Counted from the first letter of the stretch, positions 1 to 8,700 are shown. The stretch is DNA of 11,378 bases from Candidatus Sericytochromatia bacterium (GCA_036676495.1 JAKFCT010000024.1:1-11378); one strand, 5' to 3'. Notes: a model not told the origin generated them from the letters alone. Program-made: numbers and translations.

Positions 1-1446
1 GGTCGCGATCTCGCCGGTGGCCTTGGCGGAGCGCTCGGCCAGCTTGCGGACCTCGTCGGCGACCACCGCGAAGCCGCGGCCGTGCTCGCCGGCCCGCGCC
101 GCCTCGATGGCCGCGTTCAGGGCGAGCAAATTGGTCTGCTCGGCGATGTCGTCGATCACCGAGATGATCTCCCCGATCTCCTCGGACGACTTGCCGAGAT
201 TGCCGATCACCGTGACGACGTCCGACATGGCCCGGTTGATCCGCGTCATGCCATCGATGGTCTGGTTCACGGCCTGACGGCCCTTGGCCGCGATCTCAGC
301 CGACGTGCCCGCATACTGGTTGGCTTCCGAGACGTTGCGGGCGACCTGCTGCACGCTGGCGGCGAGCTGCTCGACCGAAGCCGAGGTCTGGGAAACGGCG
401 GCACCCAGGGTATCCGCGTTGCCGGCGACCTGCGTGATGCTGGCGGCCATCTCCTCGATGGAGCTGGAGGTCTCCTCGACGGCAGCCGAGAGGGAATGGG
501 CGTTGCCGGCCACCTGGGTAATGCTGGCGGCCATCTCCTCCATCGAGCTGGAGGTCTCTTCCACGGCGGCCGCCTGGGACTGGGCCGACTTCGCCATCTG
601 CTCGGCGCTCGACGAGATCTGCTCGGAGCCCGCGGCGACGGTCGAGGAGGCCATGCGCACCTGGCCGACGATCTGGCGAAGGTTGGCGATCATGGTCTGG
701 AAGCTCTTGGCCATGTCGCCCAGCTCGTCGTTGGTCGTGACCGAGACGCTCTGGTTCAGGTCTCCCTGCGCCAGGGCGTCCGCCGCCTTGGCCACCTGGG
801 AGAGGCCCGCGGTGATCTGGCGCGAGATGAAGACGCCCAGGCCCAGGGCAATCAGGAAGACGATGATGATGACGGCGACGGTGACTCCCAGGGCGGTGCG
901 GAAGGTCTCCGCCGCGTTGCGGGTAGCCGCCTGACCGCCTTCGAGGTTGTAGGTGACGATCTCCTCGATGTTCTTGTTGGTCTCGACGAAGCGGGGGAAG
1001 ACCTTTTCCCGCAGGTATTCGGCGCCCTCGGCCTTGCGGTTGGCCCGGCTCATCCCGAGCATGGTCTCGAGGCCCTCGCGGTAGGTGCCGTAAGCGCGCT
1101 GGAGGGCGTCGAACTTCGACTGCTCGTCCGCCGCCGTGATGGTCTTCTGGTAGGCCGCGGCACTCTTCTCGTAGCCGTCGTTGAAGCGCTGGAAGTCCGA
1201 CTCGAGCTTGGCAAGGATCTGGGGATCGCTCTCCAAGAGATGGCGCAGCAGCACCCGCTGGGCATCCGTCGCGTTGGCCTTCATGGCGTCCGCATAGGAG
1301 GTCGCCGGCAACCAGTTCTCACCCAGCTCGACCGCCGATGCGTTCACCTTCTGCATCTGGATCAGGGAGAACAGGCCCAGGGCGAGGGCCAGCACGGCGA
1401 CGATCAAAAAGCCGCCCACCAACTTCTTAGCAACTGTGAGTCTCAA
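1..1446 (-). CDS. Methyl-accepting chemotaxis protein (TM - probable four-helix sensor - TM - HAMP - signalling domain), 3' end outside the window
   Basis: Manual minus-strand translation from TTG at 1446-1444 with AGGAGG just upstream: [28 protein letters not shown] (TM1), GENWLP, TM2 [26 protein letters not shown] ([22 protein letters not shown]), and the conserved tip [43 protein letters not shown]. The frame is open to position 1. Confidence 0.96.
   Translation of the reverse strand, partial: MRLTVAKKLVGGFLIVAVLALALGLFSLIQMQKVNASAVELGENWLPATSYADAMKANATDAQRVLLRHLLESDPQILAKLESDFQRFNDGYEKSAAAYQKTITAADEQSKFDALQRAYGTYREGLETMLGMSRANRKAEGAEYLREKVFPRFVETNKNIEEIVTYNLEGGQAATRNAAETFRTALGVTVAVIIIVFLIALGLGVFISRQITAGLSQVAKAADALAQGDLNQSVSVTTNDELGDMAKSFQTMIANLRQIVGQVRMASSTVAAGSEQISSSAEQMAKSAQSQAAAVEETSSSMEEMAASITQVAGNAHSLSAAVEETSSSIEEMAASITQVAGNADTLGAAVSQTSASVEQLAASVQQVARNVSEANQYAGTSAEIAAKGRQAVNQTIDGMTRINRAMSDVVTVIGNLGKSSEEIGEIISVIDDIAEQTNLLALNAAIEAARAGEHGRGFAVVADEVRKLAERSAKATGEIAT
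319..570 (-). repeat. Three tandem 84-bp (28-aa, four-heptad) repeats in the MCP methylation helix
   Basis: [28 protein letters not shown] (570-487), [28 protein letters not shown] (486-403), [28 protein letters not shown] (402-319). Copies 1 and 2 share 24/28 aa. Confidence 0.85.
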
Positions 1447-1541
1447 ATGGCCTCCTACAACTCAGTCAAAACGAGCCATTTCCGGCAAAGGAAGGGCCGG
1501 AATCGTCCAATGGTCATCGTATGGGCCGAGTCAAGGAGCAC

Positions 1542-1561
1542 CTAGGGACATTTGTCCTCGG
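1542..1561. promoter_or_regulatory. Palindromic candidate transcription-factor site upstream of the MCP
   Basis: CTAGGGACATTTGTCCTCGG contains the inverted repeat GGACA-TT-TGTCC (1546-1557). A minus-strand TACGAT (-10-like) lies at 1521-1516. Confidence 0.45.
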
Positions 1562-1577
1562 TAGAAATTACGGATCG

Positions 1578-2216
1578 TTACAGCGGGAAGGCGTCCAGCC
1601 CGAAGTGCCGGTAAGCGACGATGGCCTGGGAGCGGCTGGTCACCTTGAGCTTCTCGTAGATGGCCGTGAGCGCGTTTCGCACGGTCTTCTCGCTCAGGTC
1701 CAAGCCCCGAGCGATCTGCAAGTTGGAGTCCCCCTGGGCGAGCCGCGAGAGGATTTCCTGCTCGCGTGGGGTGAGGGTCTCGACGAACGGGGGGCATGGC
1801 AACGGTGCGGTGGCATTGGCCGTCCGCGGGCGCTTGCGGCGCCGCTCCAAGGCTTGCTCGATGACCGCGTTGACCTGGTGCAAATCCGTGACCGGCTTGA
1901 GCAGGAAATCGAACGCCCGCCCCTGCCGCAGCGCGGCGATGGCATCGTTCATCGTGGCCACTCCGCTCAGGAAGATGACCTCCAGGGACGGATCGCGGTC
2001 CTTGAGGAGATCCATGAGCTCGAGGCCCGGGATGCCCGGCATCTTCAGGTCGATCAGGGCCACGTCGAAGGCCCCCGGACGCATCAACGCCAAGGCCTGC
2101 TCGCCCTCCGAGGCCATGGCCACCTCGCACCCGCACGCGGAGAGCCATTCGTGGAAAACCTCGAGATGCAAGGTATCGTCGTCAACGAGTAGGATTCTTG
2201 CTCGATAAAGCGTCAT
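1578..2216 (-). CDS. Response regulator, receiver domain + LuxR/NarL-type HTH
   Basis: ILLVDDD acidic pocket, ALIDLKMPG phosphoacceptor Asp, FLSG, FLLKP; C-terminal LTPREQEILSRLAQGDSNLQIARGLDLSEKTVRNALTAIYEKLKV. GAGGG precedes the ATG. Confidence 0.95.
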   Translation of the reverse strand: MTLYRARILLVDDDTLHLEVFHEWLSACGCEVAMASEGEQALALMRPGAFDVALIDLKMPGIPGLELMDLLKDRDPSLEVIFLSGVATMNDAIAALRQGRAFDFLLKPVTDLHQVNAVIEQALERRRKRPRTANATAPLPCPPFVETLTPREQEILSRLAQGDSNLQIARGLDLSEKTVRNALTAIYEKLKVTSRSQAIVAYRHFGLDAFPL

Positions 2217-2310
2217 GATGGCACCCTCTGTACTGACTCGCTTGTACCCCGCTGGATGCGGCCTCTATCGCGGATCAGGGCGATTCATGGCAAAAGGCAT
2301 GCCCCGCGCG

Positions 2311-2319
2311 TGGTACGCT
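2311..2319 (+). promoter_or_regulatory. Candidate extended -10 promoter for the histidine kinase
   Basis: TG-G-TACGCT (TGn-TAnnnT), upstream of the GAGGAGG RBS (2334-2340) and ATG 2346. Confidence 0.4.
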
Positions 2320-2345
2320 GAGGGGATGATCACGAGGAGGCCCTC

Positions 2346-4121
2346 ATGCCGCTCCCGGACAGCTCCCCCGATCGCCGCTCGCTTGGTGGCATGCCGGCCG
2401 CCCTGGGAGTCTTCGCGCTGGCCATGTTACTCACGGCGGGCTTCACGGCCTTCGCCCTGCAAACCACCCAGGAGCAGGAGCGGATTGCGTTCGACGCCCT
2501 GGCGCGCCGAACCCAGACCATCATCGCGCAGCGCATGCAGATCTACATCAATCTGCTCTACTCCAGCCGAGCCTTCCTGGAGGGCAGCCGGGAGGTCACC
2601 CGCAAGGACTGGCGCGACTTCGTGAACGCGCTGGATATCAGCGCGCGCTTTCCCGGCATCCAGGGAGTCGGCTACACGGTCCGCATCCCTCCCGGGCACC
2701 TCGCCGCGCATGTCTCCCAGGTCCAGAGGAGCGACCTGAGCACGTACCGGGTCTGGCCGGCGGGCGATCGCCCCGAGATCACCTCGATCCTCTACCTCGA
2801 GCCCATGGACGAGCGAAACCAGGCCGCCATCGGCTACGACATGTACTCCGATCCGGTACGCCGCGTGGCGATGGCCCGCGCCCGCGACACCGGAGAGCCC
2901 GCCCTCTCGGGAAAAGTCCAGCTCGTCCAGGAGATCACCCAGAACAAGCAGGCCGGATTCCTCATCTACCTCCCGTTCTATCGCGACACCCATCCGCCCG
3001 AGACCGTCGCCCAGCGCCGGGAGCTCCTGCTGGGCTACGTCTACGCCCCTTTCCGGGCCGACGACCTCTTCACCGGCCTCTTCGGAGCAAGCCCCCACCC
3101 GCAGATCACCTTCGAGATCTACGACGGCCCGCCCTCTCCCGAGACGCTGCTGCACGACCATAACCCCGCCATCATGACCATGCCGCCCCCCAAAGACGCC
3201 TTCCGGCTGAGCCTCCCCGCCACCGTCGCCGGCCGCACCTGGACCGTCGTCTACACGTCCACCCCCCGATTCGCCAGCGAGGCCGACCGCGGGCTGGTAT
3301 TGGTCGTCTTCCTGGGTGGAACGCTCATCAGCATGCTGCTGGCCGGCATCACCTGGTCGCTCGCCAGCAGCCGCAGCCGCGCCCTCGACATGGCCACCGA
3401 GATGACCGCCGAGCTCCGAGAGGCCGACAAGGCCAAGGACGAGTTCCTCTCCGTCATCAGCCACGAGCTGCGCACCCCCCTCAACTTCATCATGGGCTTC
3501 GGCTCCATCCTGGAAGACGAGGTCCCGGGACCGCTCAACCCCCAGCAGAAGGACTACCTCGGCAAGATGCTCAACGGGGTCGACCGCATGCTGCTGCTCG
3601 TGAACGACCTGCTCGACTTCGCCAAGATTCAATCCGGCAAGCTCGACCTCATGCCCGCCCGCGAGGACTTCGTCCCCCTGGCGGAGGAAGTCCGCGCCAC
3701 CTTGACCCCCCTCGCCGATCAGAAGGGGCTCTCCCTGTCGACCGACCTTCCCGAATCGCTGGAGCTGACCATGGACGGGTCCCGGATCGTCCAGGTCCTC
3801 ACGAACCTGGTCGGGAACGCCATCAAGTTCACGCTTCCCGGAGGCACGATCGTCCTCAAGGCCCGGCGCGATGACGACGACCTGCTGGTCGAGGTGGTCG
3901 ACACCGGCATCGGGATCGCGCCGGAGGACCTGCCCAAGCTCTTCACCCGCTTCCGGCAGCTCGACATGAGCTCGACCCGGCAAGTCGGAGGAACGGGCCT
4001 CGGGCTCTCGATCAGCAAAGCCATCGTGGAAGGGCACGGAGGCCGCATCGGCGTCCGGAGCGAGAAAGGGCGAGGCAGCACCTTCTGGTTCCGCCTCCCC
4101 CTCGACGGCGCAACCGCCTAG
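2346..4121 (+). CDS. CHASE-domain membrane sensor histidine kinase
   Basis: TM1; CHASE-type motifs (FPGIQGVG, YLEPMDERNQAAIGYDMYSDPVRRVAMARARDTGEPALSGKVQLVQE, GFLIYLP); TM2; H-box ISHELRTPL, N-box LTNLVGNAIKFT, G1 DTGIGI, G2 GTGLGL; strong RBS. Confidence 0.96.
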   Translation: MPLPDSSPDRRSLGGMPAALGVFALAMLLTAGFTAFALQTTQEQERIAFDALARRTQTIIAQRMQIYINLLYSSRAFLEGSREVTRKDWRDFVNALDISARFPGIQGVGYTVRIPPGHLAAHVSQVQRSDLSTYRVWPAGDRPEITSILYLEPMDERNQAAIGYDMYSDPVRRVAMARARDTGEPALSGKVQLVQEITQNKQAGFLIYLPFYRDTHPPETVAQRRELLLGYVYAPFRADDLFTGLFGASPHPQITFEIYDGPPSPETLLHDHNPAIMTMPPPKDAFRLSLPATVAGRTWTVVYTSTPRFASEADRGLVLVVFLGGTLISMLLAGITWSLASSRSRALDMATEMTAELREADKAKDEFLSVISHELRTPLNFIMGFGSILEDEVPGPLNPQQKDYLGKMLNGVDRMLLLVNDLLDFAKIQSGKLDLMPAREDFVPLAEEVRATLTPLADQKGLSLSTDLPESLELTMDGSRIVQVLTNLVGNAIKFTLPGGTIVLKARRDDDDLLVEVVDTGIGIAPEDLPKLFTRFRQLDMSSTRQVGGTGLGLSISKAIVEGHGGRIGVRSEKGRGSTFWFRLPLDGATA

Positions 4122-4149
4122 CGCCAGCATCGTGCTTCAGGCGCTAGGC
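4116..4149. terminator. Hairpin between convergent genes, possibly a bidirectional terminator or pause site
   Basis: GCCTAGCGCC (4116-4125) / GGCGCTAGGC (4140-4149) perfect 10-bp inverted repeat, with inner AGCA-tcg-TGCT. No U-tract on either strand. Confidence 0.45.
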
Positions 4150-5871
4150 TCCCGGGTCTACCTCGGCGCCGTCCCGCCCGTCACGGGGATCCTCGGCGAG
4201 CACGGCCAGGAGATCGTCGAGGAAGGACTCCTGTAACTGGGGAAATTGCCCGTCGATGGCCTCCGCGACCACGCCGAGCTTCTGCGCCAGGAGGCGCTCG
4301 ATCTCCTCGTCAAGGGTTCCAACCGCCGACAGGTAGGTCACCGTCACCGCGTTCCCCTGTCCGATCCGGTACGGGCGGTCCTCGGCCTGCAAATGCTCAG
4401 CCGGCACGAACGAGTAGTCCACGAAGAGCACCTGGGTCGCCGCCGTCAGCGAGACCCCGACTCCCGCGGCGACCAGGTTCCCCACGAAGACCCGCACCTC
4501 GGGGTCGTTCTGGAACGCATCGACGGCCGCCTGTCGCTGCGAAGCGCCGTCCTCGCCCGTCAGCCGCACGGCCTGCGGCCCGAAGCGCTGCATCAAGGCC
4601 TCGACCACTCCCGTGTGGCAGGTGAAGACGACGACCTTCTGCCCCGTCTCCAGGACCGCTTCGACGTGGGCGATCGCCGCCGGCAGCTTCGCGAGGGCCG
4701 CCGCATGCCGCAGCTTGGCGACCTCCGCCAGCAGCAGCGCCCGCGGGATGCGGCGCTTGCGCGTGGCGAGAAGCTGCACGTAGTCCAGCCAGACCTTGCG
4801 GTACGCGATCAGGTCCACTTCCACCGGCATGTAAGTTCTCAGCTTGGGGGGGAGATCCAGCACCTCGTCCTTGCTGCGCCTCAAGAGCACGTCGCGGAGG
4901 CGGTCGTGAAGCTCGTCGAGGTGAGAGGCTCCGCCCATGTCCCAGCCCCACTCGGTCTGGAACGCCGCGCAGTAGCGCAAGGCGTAGCTCAGAAGATCGT
5001 CTCCGAGCGGGTGGCCGATGGCCCTCAACAGGGGAAAGAGATCCAGCGGGCGGTTGGTGATCGGCGTTCCGGTGAGCAGGATGACACGCTCCGAGCGTTC
5101 GACCAATCCCCGGATGCGGCCGGCCGGGAGCTTCCCGTGCTTGCGGGGACGATGCTCGCCGCCGAGTACGAGCAGCGAGCGCTGAGAGTGGCGATTCTTG
5201 AGGTAGTGTGCCTCGTCCAGGATGAGGCAACTCCACTCCTCCGCGCTCAGCGTGGCCTGGTGAGTCCGAAGCCGGTCATAATTGATAATCGTCCAGCGCG
5301 CCAGCCCCTCATCACGCCCCAAAACGCTGATCTCTTGGGCGCCCAGCACCGCCTGGATCTCGCGAGCCCAGGTGAGCTTGAGGGATGCGGGGCAGATAAT
5401 GAGGATGCGCCCGTGAGGATGGGCCTCCTGAGCGGCGATGATGGCCTGGCGGGTTTTCCCCAGGCCCATGTCGTCGGCAAGCAGGGCCCCTCGATAAGGG
5501 CGGGGCTGGAGCAGGAAGTCGATGCCCTCTCGCTGATGCTGGAAGAGGCCCGGGTAGCGTTCGGCGAGCTGCGGCATGGCGCGTGCGTAGGCTTCGACGG
5601 CGCGGACGTTGGCGGCGGCCGTGCGGCTCAAGGCCTCGCCGGCGATTTCGCGAAGCTGCTCCAGCGCTTCCGGAGGCGCTTCCGCACCTTCCAGGTGCGC
5701 CAAGAGATCCGGGGCCAGGCGCTCGGGAACGACCCAGGCCCGGGTCTCGGGGTCGAAGGCCCGGGCCTTCAAACGCTTGATTGCCTGGACCCAGGGCGGG
5801 TGAAAGGGGAAGGCGAGGAAGATCTCGCCGTCCCGCTGCAAGACGTCCAGGCGAGGCGGGTCAGCGGCCAC
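4144..5871 (-). CDS. SNF2-family ATPase/helicase, SMARCAL1/ZRANB3-like, with a probable N-terminal HARP-like domain
   Basis: LFQHQREGI, motif I LLADDMGLGKT, Ia IICPASL, II LILDEAH, III LTGTP, V AAGVGVSLT, VI QAEDRPYRIGQ. Start moved from 5982 to GTG 5871-5869, which overlaps the upstream TAG stop by one base (TAGTG), giving 575 aa. Confidence 0.92.
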   Translation of the reverse strand: MAADPPRLDVLQRDGEIFLAFPFHPPWVQAIKRLKARAFDPETRAWVVPERLAPDLLAHLEGAEAPPEALEQLREIAGEALSRTAAANVRAVEAYARAMPQLAERYPGLFQHQREGIDFLLQPRPYRGALLADDMGLGKTRQAIIAAQEAHPHGRILIICPASLKLTWAREIQAVLGAQEISVLGRDEGLARWTIINYDRLRTHQATLSAEEWSCLILDEAHYLKNRHSQRSLLVLGGEHRPRKHGKLPAGRIRGLVERSERVILLTGTPITNRPLDLFPLLRAIGHPLGDDLLSYALRYCAAFQTEWGWDMGGASHLDELHDRLRDVLLRRSKDEVLDLPPKLRTYMPVEVDLIAYRKVWLDYVQLLATRKRRIPRALLLAEVAKLRHAAALAKLPAAIAHVEAVLETGQKVVVFTCHTGVVEALMQRFGPQAVRLTGEDGASQRQAAVDAFQNDPEVRVFVGNLVAAGVGVSLTAATQVLFVDYSFVPAEHLQAEDRPYRIGQGNAVTVTYLSAVGTLDEEIERLLAQKLGVVAEAIDGQFPQLQESFLDDLLAVLAEDPRDGRDGAEVDPGA

Positions 5872-6515
5872 TAGAACAGCAGGCGCGGGGCGTCGCCCAG
5901 GCGCAAGGGCTTCGTCGCATAGGGGAGGCGGTTCAGGTAGATCAAGCGCGGACCCTTGAGGGTCAGGTGAAGCTCGGTGCACGAGGCGTTGGCCAGCTCG
6001 AAGTCCAGGTGCACTCCCGGATCCAGCGCGAGCAGCTTGCGAATCATCCGCCGGAGAATCGCCCCGTGGGCGACGATCGCCACGCGCTCCTCGGCATGGT
6101 TCTCGCGCAGTTTGACGAGGAAGCGCTCCAGGCGCGCCTGAGCCGCCGTCTCGCCTTCCGCCTCCGGCACGACCGACCAGTCCATGGAGGACGCGAGGAG
6201 GCGCTGGTACTCCTCGGGGTAGCGCTCGGAGATCTCGGTCCAGCTGAGGCCCGTGAAACAGCCGATGCCGATCTCCCGGAGATCCGGATCGACCTCCAGC
6301 GGCGACTCCCTCCGGGCGCAGAGGATCTCGGCGGTTTCCCTGGCCCGCAGGAGATCGCTCGTGAAGACCTTCGCGAAGCGGTCCTCCTGGAGGGCGCCCG
6401 CGAGCTTCTCGGCCTGCTCGCGCCCCGTCTCGTTGAGCGGGGAGTCGAGGTGTCCCTGGAGGATGCGCTGGCGGTTGGCCACGGACTCCCCGTGCCGGAT
6501 GAGCAGGAGTTGCAT
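5871..6515 (-). CDS. Histidine phosphatase superfamily protein (phosphoglycerate-mutase-like, PhoE/CobC branch); substrate unknown
   Basis: LLIRHGES catalytic His motif, SDLLRARET, LREIGIG, VAHG; GGAGG upstream within the last tex codons. Confidence 0.93.
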   Translation of the reverse strand: MQLLLIRHGESVANRQRILQGHLDSPLNETGREQAEKLAGALQEDRFAKVFTSDLLRARETAEILCARRESPLEVDPDLREIGIGCFTGLSWTEISERYPEEYQRLLASSMDWSVVPEAEGETAAQARLERFLVKLRENHAEERVAIVAHGAILRRMIRKLLALDPGVHLDFELANASCTELHLTLKGPRLIYLNRLPYATKPLRLGDAPRLLF

Positions 6516-6519
6516 GGCG

Positions 6520-8700
6520 CTACTGGCCTCCCTGGAGGACCCGGCGGCGGCTCAGGGAGATCCGGCCGCGCTTGGCATCGAACTCGAGCACCTCGACTTC
6601 CATGACGTCCCCGACGGAGACGACCTCCATGGGGTTGCGCACAAAGCGGTCGGCCAGCTCGGAGACGTGGATGAGGCCATCCTGCTTGACCCCGATGTCC
6701 ACGAAGGCTCCGAAGTCCACGACGTTGCGGACGGTGCCGGTGAGGCGCATGCCGGGCTTGAGGTCCTCCATGCGGAGCACGTCCTGGCGCAGATGGGGTT
6801 TCGGCAGCTCCTCGCGGGGGTCGCGGCCCGGCTTTTCCAGGTTGGCCAGGATGTCCTGAAGGGTCGGGAGGCCCACGCCCAGCTCATTGGCAAGGCTCGG
6901 CAGGTCAAGACTGGGTCGCCGTTGGGCGATCGCCTTCCCCAGCTCCTTGTCGGACGGGTCGAGGCCCAGCTTCGCGAGCAGCTTGCGGGTGGCCGGATAG
7001 GATTCCGGGTGGATGGCGGTGTTGTCGAGCGGGTCGAGGCCACCGGCGATGCGCAGGAAGCCCGCGGCCTGCTCGTAGGTCTTCTCTCCGAGCCCCTTGA
7101 CCTTGAGGAGCTCGGCGCGCTTCTTGAAGGGGCCGGCGGCGGCCCGCTGGGCGACGATCGCCTTGGCGACCTTCTTGGACAGACCGGAGACCCGGGTCAG
7201 CAGGGACGCGGAGGCGGTGTTGAGGTCGACCCCCACGTGGTTGACCGCATCCTCGACCACGCCGTCCAGGGTGGCTCCCAGGGCCTTCTGGTCGAGGTCA
7301 TGCTGGTAGAGGCCGACGCCGATGGCTTGCGGGTCGATCTTCACCAGCTCCGCCAGGGGATCCTGAAGCCGGCGGGCGATGGAGATGGTGCCGCGCTGGG
7401 TGGCGTCGAGCTCCGGGAACTCCTCGCGCGCCACCTCGGAGGCCGAGTAGACGCTCGCTCCCGACTCCGAGACGATCACATAGCCGACGTGGGGGGTCTC
7501 GCGGATGGCCTCGGCGACCAAGGTCTCGGTCTCGCGGCTGGCCGTGCCGTTTCCGATGGCCACCACCCCGACTCCGTGCTTGCGGATGAGGTTTCGCAGC
7601 GTGTCTACGGCTTCTGCCCAGCGTTTCTGGGGCTCGTGAGGGTAGATGGCGATGCCGTCGAACAAGGGGTTTCCGGTGGGATCGACCACGACCACCTTGC
7701 AGCCCGTGCGATAGCCGGGATCGATCCCGAGGACGGTCTGGCCGCGCAGGGGCGGCTGCAGCAAGAGCGCCTTGAGGTTCGAGGCGAAGACGGTGATCGC
7801 GTGCTGCTGAGCCTTCTCGGTCAGGGCGGCGCGGATGTCGCGCTCGAGGGCAGGAGCCAGGAGGCGCTTGTAGCCGTCGGCCAGGGCCAGTTCGACTTGG
7901 TCGCGCCAGAGCGAGGGCGCGACGCGGGGCAGGGCAGCGCGCATGAAGTCGAGGATGCGCTCGTCGGGAAGCGTGACGCCGACCTTGAGGACGCCTTCGG
8001 CCTCACCGCGGTCGCATGCCAGCACCCGGTGGGGCTGGACGCGGCTCACGGGCTCCGAGAAAGCGTAGTACTGGGTGTACTTGCCCTGGGGGTCTTCGCC
8101 CTTGGGGGCCTTGGCGGCAGTGATCAGGGCCTCGCGCATGGAGAGGGTGCGGGCGCGACCGCGGACCTCGGGGTCCTCGCTCACGGTTTCGGCGAGGATG
8201 TCGCGGGCTCCGGCCAGGGCGTCCTCGGGGGTGGCGACCTCGAGGGCGGGGTTCACGAAGCGGGCGGCGGCCGTCAGCGGGGGCTCGCCCTTGGGCTGGC
8301 GCATGAGGTCGGCCAGGGGGGCGAGGCCGCGCTCCCGGGCGATCATGGCGCGGGTGCGGCGCTTGGGGCGGAAGGGGAGGTAGAGATCCTCGAGGGTCGT
8401 GAGCTTGTCGGCCTGCGCGAGGCGGCTGGCGAGCTCGGGAGTCAGGTGCCCTTGCTCCTCGAGGGCCTTGTGGATCTCGGCGCGGCGCTCTTCGAGCTTG
8501 CGGCGTCGGGCCAGGCCGTCCTGCAAGGCGCGCAGCTGGACCTCATCGAGGCCGCCGGTGACTTCCTTGCGGTAGCGGGAGATGAAGGGGATGGTGTTTC
8601 CGTCGTCGAAGAGGGCGATGACGCGCTCGACCTGAGGGGCGCTGAGACCGAGGTCCCGGGCGAGCTCCCGGGCGATCTGGCTTTCGATGGCATTTGACAT
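6520..8700 (-). CDS. tex: Tex family RNA-binding transcriptional accessory protein
   Basis: GNTIPFISRYRKEVTGGLDE, LEDLYLPFRPKRRTRA, YqgF-like VLGIDPGYRTGCK, SGASVYSAS, ARRLQDPLAELVKIDP, HhH motifs, C-terminal S1 (GTVRNVVDFGAFVDIGVKQDGLIHVS). Start taken as ATG 8700 (MSNAIESQ) rather than 8751. Confidence 0.96.
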   Translation of the reverse strand: MSNAIESQIARELARDLGLSAPQVERVIALFDDGNTIPFISRYRKEVTGGLDEVQLRALQDGLARRRKLEERRAEIHKALEEQGHLTPELASRLAQADKLTTLEDLYLPFRPKRRTRAMIARERGLAPLADLMRQPKGEPPLTAAARFVNPALEVATPEDALAGARDILAETVSEDPEVRGRARTLSMREALITAAKAPKGEDPQGKYTQYYAFSEPVSRVQPHRVLACDRGEAEGVLKVGVTLPDERILDFMRAALPRVAPSLWRDQVELALADGYKRLLAPALERDIRAALTEKAQQHAITVFASNLKALLLQPPLRGQTVLGIDPGYRTGCKVVVVDPTGNPLFDGIAIYPHEPQKRWAEAVDTLRNLIRKHGVGVVAIGNGTASRETETLVAEAIRETPHVGYVIVSESGASVYSASEVAREEFPELDATQRGTISIARRLQDPLAELVKIDPQAIGVGLYQHDLDQKALGATLDGVVEDAVNHVGVDLNTASASLLTRVSGLSKKVAKAIVAQRAAAGPFKKRAELLKVKGLGEKTYEQAAGFLRIAGGLDPLDNTAIHPESYPATRKLLAKLGLDPSDKELGKAIAQRRPSLDLPSLANELGVGLPTLQDILANLEKPGRDPREELPKPHLRQDVLRMEDLKPGMRLTGTVRNVVDFGAFVDIGVKQDGLIHVSELADRFVRNPMEVVSVGDVMEVEVLEFDAKRGRISLSRRRVLQGGQ

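Noticed and set aside
1480-1502. Hairpin TTCCGGC/GCCGGAA in the MCP leader as a c-di-GMP riboswitch
   Set aside because: A single 7-bp stem; the GEMM two-hairpin tetraloop/receptor features are absent on the coding strand.
82-1545. 487-aa plus-strand ORF and nested plus-strand ORFs 17..277 and 284..934
   Set aside because: Antisense shadows of the MCP, which has unmistakable motifs on the minus strand. Long stop-free antisense frames are expected at this GC content.
1447-1577. Sigma28 (FliA) promoter for the MCP
   Set aside because: No TAAA-N15-GCCGATAA match with correct spacing on the minus strand.
2427-4130. 567-aa minus-strand ORF
   Set aside because: Antisense to the CHASE kinase; no recognisable motifs.
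5872-5982. ORF-track N-terminal extension of the helicase
   Set aside because: It would overlap the phosphatase by over 100 nt with Pro-rich sequence; the coupled GTG at 5871 is more plausible.
4246-8697. 542-aa, 274-aa and 814-aa plus-strand ORFs
   Set aside because: Antisense shadows of the helicase, phosphatase and tex.
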